From assembly GCF_009914755.1 (NCBI RefSeq), contig NC_060936.1: a stretch of DNA of 64,000 nucleotides. One strand, 5' to 3'. The position numbers and the translations under genes were made by a program. This document shows, piece by piece, positions 41,001-53,486 of this stretch. Source of the DNA: the human T2T-CHM13v2.0 reference genome, Homo sapiens. The notes below the pieces were generated by a model. The model did no database searches. It saw only the letters and a list, made by a program, of their open reading frames with translations, and had not been told where the DNA came from. The stretch's first letter is position 1; the number at the start of each line of letters is the position of its first letter.

Positions 41001-41765
41001 TTTTTTAAAGCATTTCTATAAAAATAAATGTCCCAAACTCTGTTATTTAAAAATATTTATGAATAAATGCATGTGCACATGTATATGAAGCATACAAAGA
41101 AACTCATAAAAATATTTTACTCATTCATTTAAAAGTAGTAGAAAATATGCTTCCTTATTATGTTCAAAAGGAATTATTTGGTTTATTTTTTAGGAATTAC
41201 CTACTAGTTTTGTATTTGTAGGCTAGAAGTATAATTTATAATGTAGCATCTATCTGATGGGTCCCGTGTTCACAATTATAGTCATGCCCATGCAAAGCCT
41301 CTAAACTTGAGGGATCTTAACAGCCCTGATGAAAAGGGAGATCACTCACCCACCACTTACTGATCCCCCACTGCCCCCTACAGTATAAAATTCCCACTGA
41401 GAAAAACTTGTCCTAACTGAACAAAAATGTAGGCACAAATCAACAATTATCAATACTACTTGGAAAGCTTCATTTGGAGGATTTTTTAAAAGCGACAAAA
41501 GCATACTAAAAAAGAGATTCTTGAATAATTCTGTTGGAAGTATGGAGTAGTCATTACGAGCCATTCAGCAATAATGTATGTGCCAAGAGCCCGTAGAATA
41601 ATTGGCAATTTGACTCAGAAATTCCACTTCTGGAACTCAGTCTTATGGCAGTAATCCTTAAACAGAAAAAGTTTTACGCATCAAGTTGTTCTTCACAGTG
41701 TTACTTGTAATAGTAAATATATATATATAAAATTGAAACAGAATGTTAAATAAACCACAGAATAG

Positions 41766-41900
41766 GGCCAGGCGTGGTGGCTCACACCTGTAATCCCAGC
41801 GCTTTGGGAGGCTGAGGTAAAAGGATCACTTGAGCCCAGGAGTTCAAGACTAGCCTGGGCAACATACTGAGATCCCATCTCTACAAAAAAGAAATAATAA
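41766..41900 (+). mobile_element. FLAM/Alu left monomer
   Basis: ggccaggcgtggtggctcac...ttgagcccaggagttcaagac...tctctacaaaaaa with no right arm. Confidence 0.85.
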
Positions 41901-43234
41901 AATACCACAAAATATTGTGTAGCCACTTAAAAAAAAACCATGTTTACCGAGTATGTGATAACATGGGAAACTACCCTACTGCCCTTAAGCAAAAAACAAA
42001 CAAAAAAGGACACAAATCTTCTTAGGTGAGTTAACTATATATGAATGCTCTTTTCCCATTCTTCTTTCTCCTTTTTGGTATTTTCCAAATATTTTTAAGG
42101 GTGTGCTAATTTATGATGGAAAAATGTAATGAACTTAAAACTCAGTCAGGATTCATAAAAAGACATGGTTATATCCGGGAAATTAAGTACTGCAAACTTT
42201 AATGAAGTCCAGTTTATGTTCTTGGTGAGTAAAAAGTTTTGCAAGTTATAATTACTACAAAGACAACTAGCAATATAAAAACCTCAATTTGTAACAGAGG
42301 GACTAAATCTCAGAGTCAGTTTCTCAGTTGTTTGTAAAGAGCCAAGCCAGGAATAAATGTCATGAATATCTAGAAAGAAGCTACCATTTGAGGAGGTCTT
42401 ACAGGATAAATATTAGTAATATAGCTGTTCTGTCTACCAGCCTCAGAGTATAACTCCTAAAGTCTGTTTATTAGTCAAATTGAAGACACTGAAATCAAGC
42501 CAATAGAGAAACCAGGCAAAAACTGCCTAAAATGAATTTAAGAAATTTTATTAACATTAAAATGGCAAACAGTATTTTGAAAAGTTAATTCTGCTCAAAA
42601 TTTGCTTTATTTTTGCTACAAGTAATTGTATTGTCCGTGCTATTTTTCTTGCTGTGATTTAAATTCAAATGCAAAACTAAGAACAATGCAGAAATGATAG
42701 TGACCGAACATAAATCACAGACATTTTAGAGTTGAAAATAAAAAACCCTTATAATTTGCCAATGAGGACAAAAGTGAAATACTTGTCTGAGGGCTCAGAT
42801 AGCTGGTGTGGGAGCTGGGCTGGGAGACAGGTCTCCTGAGGTCAGCTCAGTGTGATACTCTGAGTTCAGAGAGTGGGACACCATTCACTTAGAGTGGCAT
42901 TTGGGCATCTTGCCAGCATATCCCCCAGCTTGGGATCAGGAGGACCAGCTTTCTTTGGCCTAATGACTTTCACCTAGCACTAACAGCTCATTTATATAAA
43001 GGGAAGAAAAGACCCTACTTTTTCATTGTCTACTATGTGTCAAGAATTTTGTACACATTATGCAACTGCATTTTGTTGCCATTGTAAAAAGTAATTTAAT
43101 TATTTCCTTTTAGTACTTTAAGAAACTGAGGCCCTCAAGAGTTTAGTTGATCAAGATTTAACCTGTGCTGTCTTTTGCTTCTCTTTGATAGTAACTTCTC
43201 TCACTGGTGGGCAGGTAAGACAGAATACATGGTA

Positions 43235-43678
43235 TACTGGTCAAAGTTCTCCAGAGAAACAGAACCAATAGGAGTTATATACAGAGATTTCTTATAAGGA
43301 AATTGGCTGACATGATTATGGAGGCTGACAAGTCTCATGATCTTCAGTTGGCAAGCTGGAGTCCCAGGAAAGCCCATGGTGTAGTTCCAGTCTGATGGCC
43401 CTTAAGAGCCAGTGTTTCAGCTCGAAGGCAGTCAAGCAGGAGTTCTCTCTCCCCATAGGAGGGGCAGCCTTTTTGTTCTACTCAGGCCTTCAACTGATTG
43501 TTGGAGACCCACCCACATTAGGGAGGGCAATCTACTTTATTCAGTCTATGAACTCAAATGTTAACCTCATCCAGAAACAGAAACTCCCTCAAAGACACAC
43601 ACAGAATAATGTATGTGACCAAATTGTCTGGGCACCCCAAGGCCCAATCAAGTTGACACATAAAATTAACATCATACA
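43235..43678 (-). mobile_element. MLT2 (ERVL) solo LTR
   Basis: gttctccagagaaacagaaccaatagga ... caagttgacacataaaattaacatcataca termini. Confidence 0.85.
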
Positions 43679-44896
43679 TGATGTTTTTGCCAGTATGTTC
43701 AGCTCAGGGCCTTGGACTAGGCAGGCAAGGTCCCCAGGGTGTGAATTTATGGAGGCACTCATTCCTAGGCTCATACAAGCACCCTGAGTCCTTGCTTGCT
43801 GTGCCCTAGTCCTGGCCCTCTGTTCCACCCAAAAGGGTAGTTTCAATCACATCTCTTAGCTTGCAGTGTTTTATATTGGGTGGACAACTATCTATAACCA
43901 AGTAAATACCATTCTAGAAAAGCCTTGGATATATAGAGTTTCTGAAAGAATGGATGGCAAAAAACATCTAAAATATCAAGTACAAAAATAGATGATGGGT
44001 AAGTATTTCTATGTTTACTATGTAATGAAATGGAAATCCACTTATATTTTCCACTCAAAATGTTTCCTTATAATTCAAATAGCATTTATCGACTGGGCCC
44101 TTATATATTTTTATTGAAAGGCAAAAGCATTTCTATAAATCATGAACACACAAATCTTTTGTGCGTTATAGAAAAATGCACAACTATTAAAGATCAGGTT
44201 TGAATTATTTTACTTTTGGCTAAAGGCCACTTACTGTGAATTATCAGTTATTCCTCATATTTAGTTATCTAAAGTTTCACCAATGCATGATTTTTCCTTA
44301 GTTTTTGGGAAGACTGAATGAACTTAATGGGATAAAATAAATGAAAGCATGTTTTAAATGATTAAGTACATGAAAGGCATCATTACTGTTAGCAGAATAA
44401 TAGAACAATGTCTTACTTGAATTCAGGAGAGCTGTACCAATTTACACTTTGCCTCTCAGTTTATGAGTGAATGCTTCCTCAAACTCTAGACAATATAGGA
44501 CATGCAATAAACTCTAAACTCAAGCCTGCAGATAACTGAGAAACTAGATAAATGTTCAAACTTTGGGAATCAAAAATATTCCACTAGTCTGGAGCCAAGT
44601 GGATTTTGTTCTATTTGGCTTCTGAACTAGATCTTGAATATGATGATTTGATATATATAGGACTCTACAAATGAAACTGCATTTTTAAAAATTGATTTGA
44701 GTGGACAGGTAGGCCTACCCTTGTGTAATATGGAGGTAAAATAATATACATATATGTACATGTACCTTGGCATTTGACTGCTAGAATTCAAACCCAGGCT
44801 CTGCAGGTGACTAAGGTGTGACCCTGGGCAAGTTACTTAATTTCCTTGTGCCTCTAACTTCTCACGTGTTTAATGGAAATAAAAATAGTGGCTTCA

Positions 44897-45118
<222 letters not shown>

Positions 45119-45479
45119 TCACAGAATTGATCCCAGTAATAAATGAGATAATCCACGTAAATTACCTTAGAAGAGCGGCTGGCAGACAGTAAATGCCCCA
45201 TATATGCCCGTTCTTATTATTAGGTTAAATCACATAAAATTCAAGCATTTTGACCTATGAAAAAAGACAATTTCAAGCAAGTGTAACCATTATTTACCAA
45301 AGCCACTCTATTTTAACTTCCCCTGCAAGTATAAACTCTTCTTGGTCAAAGTCTTTATTTAAACTCACCCTCCACAGCACACAGCAGGATACCCTTCATA
45401 TGCATGCAACAGAATGTCTAAATAATAAAGATGAAGATTCAGAAATATCCTGATTTCAAAGGGCTCAAATTGCAATTCA

Positions 45480-45710
45480 TCATGGATTCTGCAGTCAGAC
45501 TACCTGAGTGTACATCTTGGCTCTACTACCTACTAGCTGTGTGACCTCAGGCAAGTTATTCAACCTTTTTGTGATCCAGTTGCCACTTTTGTAAAGTGAG
45601 AATATCAGTAGTGCTTATCTCATAGGGTTGTGAGAATTAAATTAGATAACGATGAAAAATAATAAGCACAATGACTGGCACATGAGCAATACTTAATAAG
45701 CATTAGACAT
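45480..45710 (+). mobile_element. MIR
   Basis: tactagctgtgtgacctcaggcaagttattcaacc...ctcatagggttgtgagaattaaa. Confidence 0.75.
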
Positions 45711-46419
45711 TTTCCTCTATTTTCTTCTTCTACTCCTCCTCCTTCCACCCCACCACCTCTTCTTCTTGTTTAGTTCATAATACAAGGTTTACAGGCAAAA
45801 ATATGATTTTAACATTCTGTAAGTAAGTAAATTTCTAATTCTAGCAATCAACTCTTTTCTCATTAGAGCATAAAGAGTAAAAGACCAGTAAAGTCTATCT
45901 GTGACAATTTTATACTTTTGATAAGTATTTAGGAGTCAGGGCTTAAGAAATGCAAAGCTGAATATATGAAGTAGCTGAAGAAATTGGGGGTGTTTATCAT
46001 AAAGAAAAGATGATTTAAAGGGGATGGGAGCTGGTTTAAAATGCCTGTGGTCTGATTTCAAGTAAGAAAGGGGTTAAAACATACTCCAGTGGCTCCAGAG
46101 GACAAGGAGAGAACCAAGACCAGGAATTACTGATGTGACCAGGAGAATAGGAGTAGAGCTCCAATTGGGATTTTGGGTTCAGCTGTGTCTCTGGTGGTCT
46201 GTGGCACCCACTGGCATGCATGAGATGCCAGGGACCCACTAATGGGGAGTTTGTTTATGCAGCTGCCTAGGAAATAAGGGGGAAGGAAGTTAGAGGTACA
46301 CATTGGTACTGAAAGATTCTAAGGCCTGGCCCTAAGGACCAGGCCTGATTTCTACGGGGACATGGGCTGAAGGAACTTAACATTGGTGTACTTCACTGGG
46401 CTCAGGGTATTAAGCCATG

Positions 46420-46886
46420 CTGCCTGTCTGTTTTGTGTTGCTGTAACAGAATAGGCTGGGTAATTTTAAAAGAGTTTATTTAGCTCTTGATTCTGGTAGC
46501 TGGAAAGCCCAAGGGCATGGCACTAGCATCTGCTTGGCTTCTGGTGAAGGCCTTGTGTTGTGTCACAATATGGCGGAGAAGCAGAAAGCAAGCAGGTGTT
46601 TGCAGAGTAAGGGAAATGAAGGATTTTGTGGGGGCTTGGACTAGTGCACCAGGGTGTAGCTGAGAAGGCTTGACCCACTTTCTAAGAACCCACTTTCATG
46701 GAAACTAATCCAGTCTCACGAGAGAAAGCACTCACCCGCTACTGTGAGGGTGGTACCAATAGATTCATGAGGGATCTGCCCCCATGACCCAAACACCTCC
46801 CACTGGGCCCCACCTCCCAACACCGCCACACTGGCAATTAAACTTCAAGATGAGTTTTTGCAGGGACAAACCACACCTAAACCATT
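46420..46886 (-). mobile_element. MST-type MaLR solo LTR
   Basis: gttttgtgttgctgtaacagaata...cccccatgacccaaacacctcccactgggccccacctcccaacac...aaaccat. Confidence 0.8.
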
Positions 46887-47401
46887 GGACTGCTTTAGAT
46901 ACCAAGTGACAAAGTTCAATGCCAAATGAGGAAAGGGGTAGACTCTTCTCCATTCTGCACAGGACACCAAGCTGTTCTGAGGCCATAAGTCCTGTAGAGA
47001 ATACAGGCCAGCTTGACCCTTGAGTGTTTACAGCTTAAGAAGCATGGACAGATTGCACTCAAATCTGAGAAGCAGACTTCTCACCAGTGGCACCATGGGT
47101 CAGGATATCTCCATTCAGGATGGCATATGTGGAACTCTTCCAAGGACTCACAGAATTAGCTGGTCTTTGCAAGGGAAAAAGTATGAGTAAATGAAACAGA
47201 ATGCCTGCATGAGCAGTAGAGGGGACAGGTTGGCACTTCAGAGTATAAATGCAAGGTAGGAATCTCCAAATGTAAGCCCACAGGCTGGTAGAGCCCAGGG
47301 ATATTCAAGTTATACTGGGAAGACAGATTTGGACTCATTTATGAAAACAACTTTCTATGATTAACAGAATCATATATATATATGATCATATATATATATA
47401 T

Positions 47402-47668
47402 ATTTTTTGTTTTGTTTTTGAGATGGAGTTTCATTCTTGTTACCCTGGCTGGAGTGCAGTGATGTGCCTCGGCCCCCCAGTTTCAAGTGATTATCCTGCC
47501 TCAGCCTCCTCAGTAGCTGGGATTACAGGTGCTCGCCACCACGCCTGGCTAATTTTTGTGTTTTTAGTAGAGATGGGGTTTCACCATGTTGTCCAGGCTG
47601 GTCTTGATCCACCTGCCTCAGCCTCCCAAAGTGTTGGGATTACAGGCGTGAGCCACTGCGCCCATCCC
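47402..47668 (-). mobile_element. Alu (S-like) with internal deletions, within a probable L3/CR1 relic
   Basis: Reverse Alu lacking two short internal segments; flanks resemble a CR1 3' end (gagctccctgccactgggcatgttcaaccagaggctg). Confidence 0.85.
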
Positions 47669-48365
47669 AAAAATATTTTTTAAACCCCAACTTAATGAGC
47701 TCCCTGCCACTGGGCATGTTCAACCAGAGGCTGAGAGACCACAATTAATTGATACTTTGGAGAAAGATTGAGCTCACTGAGTTGGATGAGCTCTGGAATC
47801 TCTTCCAACTCTGCTCTTCTGTGTCTTCTAAAGATACAGCCAGAGAAGGCAAAGAAGAAATTGGATGAACATGGAGAGATAACTCAAAACTTGACTTCTG
47901 CCGAAATTTGAGCAATTACTTAAAAGAAAAAGAATATGTAATCGGTGTGTAATGAATCATTCACATTTTTAATGAGGATAAGTTCTAACTTTTGAGGAGT
48001 TTTAATTGTATCAGTGGCAATGAATTTGGGAAACTTTATTTTCCAACCTACTGAATATAGTAATGAGCTATTGAAATGAGTGACATAAAGATCACAAATG
48101 GGCTTCTGTTACACAGAGAGCACCTGCAAGCTTAAAAAAACAATGTTGAGATGAAAAATTCCATAAAGAAGTAACTTTTACATTGCCATCTGCTGGTTAC
48201 TGCTATAAGTGACAGCAATATAAATACAACCTCAATCCTAATTGAGTTCTAACTGTGAATAAAAATATTGATTGCTTCAATGTGCTTCAAACATGCAGGA
48301 ATCAGAGTAATTCTACATGTCTATTGGGATCCATCTGGTTATTGTCTAAAGCAGGAGATGTCCTG

Positions 48366-48646
48366 TCCTGGCACAGTGGCTCATGCCTGTAATCCCACCA
48401 CTTTGGGAGGCCAAGGTGGACTAATCACTGAGGTCAGGAGTTCAAGACCAGCCTGGCTAACATGCTGAAACCCTGTCTCTACTAAAAATACAAAAATTAG
48501 CCAGGCATGGTAGCTCCTGTAACCCCAGCTACTCAGGAGGCTGAGGTGAGAGAATCACTTGAACCCAGGAGGTGGAGGTTGCAGTGAGCTGAGATCATGC
48601 CATTGCACCCCAGCTTGGGTAACAGAGCAAGACTCCATCTAAAAAA
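48366..48646 (+). mobile_element. Alu (S-like)
   Basis: Dimer with short tail. Confidence 0.92.
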
Positions 48647-51569
48647 TTAAAAGTTAAACATTTTTAAAAAGTAGGAGGTTTCCTACCTGGACTTGGCTTC
48701 AGATGCGAATCCTCCCAGTGGCACATCCATTATTGATACTGAAATAGCCCTTGGAAACAAGGCATCCTAATAAGCACTAAAATATATGTTTATTTAGGCC
48801 TGCCTTCAGCTCCCACAAACAAGTTTCCTCAAGAGTTGTTCTAGATGTTTCATTTGGAAGAACTGACTTGCTCTGTCACCTGGTGGTATAGTGACATTTG
48901 TCATATTCATCTCCAAAGAATTAATGGCAAGCTGAAGGCCGACTATAGTAGGCCCAATTATCTCAAGTACATAAAAGCCATGAAGTTAAGCAGAGCAAAA
49001 GTTGTTCCACTTGTTAGTATCTTAGTGTGACAGTCTCAGAGTATGCTCTGAAGAACACCAGGAACCCTATGCAGATAATTCACTCCTCCCCCAGCCGAGT
49101 TAATGCTCCTTTCTCAGTACTTTCATAGCACCTTCTTCATACTGCAATTATAATACGTTTAATATTGTATTGTTATATGGGTTATATCTGTTTCCACATT
49201 AGACTGTGATCCCCTTGAGAGCAAGCATCATATCCAATTTACATTAGTCTTGTTCATTTTCAACCTAAGCTTTGGTGTTAGACAGGACCTGAATAAATAT
49301 TTATTGAGTGGAGGTCAAAAGAAGGAAGGGTGATAGGGCAGATGAGAAGGGGAAGGAGGATTCAGTCTTCAAAATCAATGTTTCCATTCTCCACTTCATG
49401 TCTTAGCTTCAGAGTCAAATTTTTTTCAATTGTCTACCAGACTTTGCCATCTGAATGTTCAGTAGAAAATATGTATCCAGGAATTTCCAAATGGATCCCC
49501 ATGTGTTTGCAGCCCAAACTGTTCTGCCCTTGCTCTAGTTATTGATTTCTTAGTTACAACATCATTATCCATGCAACAATCTCAAAGTCATCTCTATTCC
49601 CTCATTTCCATTAACACCCATGCTCAATAAGTCCTGTCGATTACACCTCCCCTCCCTCTCCACTGCCTTCCTTGGTTCAGGTGCTCCTCACCTTTCATGG
49701 TATCTCATATAATTTCCTAATTGGCTCCTTGTCCTTAGTCAAGCATCCCATCATCTACCTCCATCCGTCACCAAAGTTACCACTCATAGACAGAACTGTT
49801 GAATATTCCTGGACTCTACCAGTCAATAGGCTTACATTTAGAGTCCTACCTTACATTTATATTCTGAAATGCTAACTTGTCCCTTCTATTGCTCCTGTAG
49901 TAACTCTGTTTCATTTACTCCTACTTTTTCCCGTGCAAAGACCAGCTAATTCTGTGAATTCAGATACAACATTATTATCTACTTTTAAGCATTCGATGGC
50001 TCTGATTATCTATAAGACAAAGTCAACTGTGGCATACCTAAGTTGTCATAATCTTTCCCAAACTTATTTCTTAGACCCATATTCCTCAGTTCTGTTCCAT
50101 AAAACCTAACTGTTCTAAATAATTGTCATTTTCCAACTACACCAATGATTCTCAGTTATATGTATTTCCCTATGGGTTATTCGTTATACTTAAAGTGCCC
50201 ACCTCAGCCCCACCCTCCTTGGCCACTCTGCCTACTAAACATCTTTCATGACTCAGGTCTGCTGTTACCTCCTTGGTGATGTCTTCTCCAGCAGATAAGT
50301 AATTGCAAATTTACCTGATCAGTAGCAAAATCCTCTAGCTTTATACTCTCATAGCATCTTTCTTAGGGCATTATGGCCTATATGAAGTCTCTCTACAAAT
50401 TAGGTGGAAGTGCCCCCTCTGGACAGAGGCAGCTCTGTATCCAAACTTGAGAAGTGAGGTATGGGCTGGATTTCAGCTCCCACTTGCCCCTTTGGTTGGG
50501 TTCCCATATACATACATAATACCACAGTTATTATGATTGCTTTATTGATGCCACAGTCTTCTCCCCAGCTGGTGACTTCCTGAAGCCAGTTAGATCAGTT
50601 AAAGCTTGTATTCTTAGGACCAAGGACATACTAAGCACTGACAAATGTTCTTTGAATTGTTACTTTTTGGAATGAGAAGATATTCCAAAAGTTGTCAGAG
50701 CAGATCTGAGGAAAGTCTCTGAAGTATATAAATATGTGCATAAGTGTTCTTACCTATGTGATCTTGGGCAAGTAACTTAATTTCTTTCTTCTCTTGTTTC
50801 CTCGTCTACAAATTGGGGAGAATAAGAAATGCCTGTCTCAGGGTTACTATGAAGATTCACTGAAGATTCACTGTAAAGCACTTAGAAGAGTGCCCGGCTC
50901 AGAGTATATACCATGTAACTAATGACAGTAATAGGATACACAAAGAGTATTTGGAGGTGAATCTTTTTAAATTTGGCAACAAACAATACAATTTTGGAGA
51001 AGAGAATCTTTATGCTTTGATTTCTGTAAATCTGGAGACAGATCTTGCATTTGTATAAAGATATTACCATTAATGTTAAATGACTGAAGTTGTTTTACTT
51101 CAGAGATAGAATCATAATATTTTAGAATTTGAAAGTTTAGAGATAATCCAAACTGCTTTTCTTATACATAAAAGTGTTAGGGCCTAAATGGGTTCAGTGA
51201 CTTTTCCACAGTGTTTCTCCATCTGGCCCTGACCACATGTCCAGCCTCATGTCATCATCCCTCCCCTGCCCCCTGCCCCCTTCCCCTGGCCCCCAATATT
51301 CTCCTTTCCACACAACAAGCCCCAGCCTCATTAACATTTCCCAGAATGCACTTTCACAACTCTGTTGACCCTGCCTGTGGTAGCCTTTCTCCCTGTGCCT
51401 TCCTCCCATCTCAGCTCATTAAACAGCTTCACGAACATCCTTTGAGCTCCAGTTCCACTGTTACATGTCTCCTCGGTGAAGCCTTCCTCTACTCCACCAG
51501 CCCAAACTAGCTGCATCCCCCTCTGTGCTCCTAGAGCTCTGTGTTCATACATCTGTTTCACACTTATCA

Positions 51570-52090
51570 GAGCAAGGGCTGGATCCTAGCTGCCCAGGTT
51601 TAAATCCCAGCTCTGACACTTACTAGTTGTGTGACCCTGGTCGTCTGTGCCTCCGTTGCCTTATCTGTCCAAAGGGAATCATAATGAGACCTACCTCACT
51701 TATTCATTCATTCAACAAATAATTTTCAGCTGCCTACTATGTGCCAGGAGCTGTTCCGGGACCTGGAGATATATGGTGAACAGGACCAAGTCCTTGCTCT
51801 CATGAGCTTACATTGAATGGAAAAGTTAATCAATTAAAACCTATTATAATCAAGTATTACCATTATTCTAAGAGCCATGAAGAAATATTCAGCAGAGTAG
51901 GAGACTCAGAGTGATGGAAAGAATGGTGGCTGTTTTATTAGAGAGGGGAGTCAGGGGAAGCCTCTGAGAGGAGTGACATTTAATCAGAGACATGGGGGAA
52001 GCCAGGGAGCAAGCCCTGCAGAAATCTGAAGGGAGTGCATTCTAGGCAGAGGAAACTTCACGTGCAAAGGCCCTGAGGCAGGAAAGGTGA
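51570..52090. mobile_element. MIR followed by reverse L2 3' fragment
   Basis: tttaaatcccagctctgacacttactagttgtgtgacc; ttcattcattcaacaaata...tactatgtgccagg. Confidence 0.7.
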
Positions 52091-53429
52091 GCCTGGGGTC
52101 AGGGGATAGGATAGCTAACAGGGCTACTGCCAAGTCAGTGAAGCAGAGCAGAGAAAATGAGGCACTCCTTGTTCCTGGCACCAAGATTTCCAGATTTTTA
52201 TCTTCTAAATATTTCCCTAACCTCCTCTTTACCCCTGATCTCCTCTCAATCCCAGATTTCTCTCCTTGCAGTTGAGCTACCCTCAAAACTACCCTCCACC
52301 CTGTGATGAGATAATCTAAACATGTATCTCCAACCCCATTTTCCGCTCCTTTCTACTTTTTCATTATCTGACCTGCCACTGCCTATAGACTAAAGTCCCA
52401 GGTGCCTTCACATGATGGACAAAGCCCTCTAGAAGATAGCCCTGGTTACCTCACCACTTCCTACCTTGTACTACACACTCCAACCACACCAAAGTACCAG
52501 TTCCCCCAGAAAACTATATTTCTGGTCTCTATGCCTTGCCTCAAGCTGTTTCCTTTCCCTAAAAACCATCCCCTCTTCCACATTTTTGCTTGGCTAACTC
52601 AATAGTGAGACTCAGCTCTGGAGTTACTTTTCCTCTGTGCCCACATCATCACCTGGGAATACTTCAGTACTTCCACTTTCCAGGAATTGTTAAGGGGATA
52701 TGTTTATATAGCTGTCTCTCCAGTTAGCTTCTAATTTTCTCAAGAGCAGATAACTGGTTCTTAATCATGTTTTACCCCCAAGGCATGATTTGTGTTCTGG
52801 CCCAGGGCAGCTAAGCAAACTACATTCATCTCCTTTCTCATGCTGCCAGCTTAGGAACTTACCCTCCTGCCACTGTCCCTTTGTCCCAGGCCTACAACAC
52901 ATAGCTACCCTGTGAGATTTTATTCAGATGAATGGGTTTCAAGAGATGCCTAACAATTTCCAAGATTCTTTCATCACATTCATCCAGAAAATCCAAAGAG
53001 AAGATAAAATGTACAGCTCAGGAGGACAGACATCCATATGTCTAGCTGAGAAAAACAGGGAAGGACAGTAATTGTCCTGTGACTTTAGAGTTTGTGCTAA
53101 TAGTAAGTTTTAAAAGGAAATCAAATATTTGAAGATGCAGGCTTATTTTAAATAAATCCATTTCCAGTGTTCAGCTTCTCATTTTGTAAACTTAAGGATC
53201 ACTTGCCAACTTTAATTTCTACACTTCTCTTGTACTTTTCCTGGTACTTAAAAAGGTAGTGTAGAAGTTGAGAATAGATGCTAAGTCAATGTTTTCCAAT
53301 TAACATATTATTTTCCTTATTTAAGCTCCCTTTTATGTTATGTTCAAAGTTCTAGACTCCATTAAAAATGAAATTATTTTTAGTTCTATGCACTTACAAA
53401 AAGAATTTTTTTACAGTTCCCTGCTCTAA

Positions 53430-53430
<1 letters not shown>

Positions 53431-53484
<54 letters not shown>
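53431..53484. repeat. (CA)27 microsatellite
   Basis: Perfect dinucleotide run. Confidence 0.98.
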
Positions 53485-53486
<2 letters not shown>
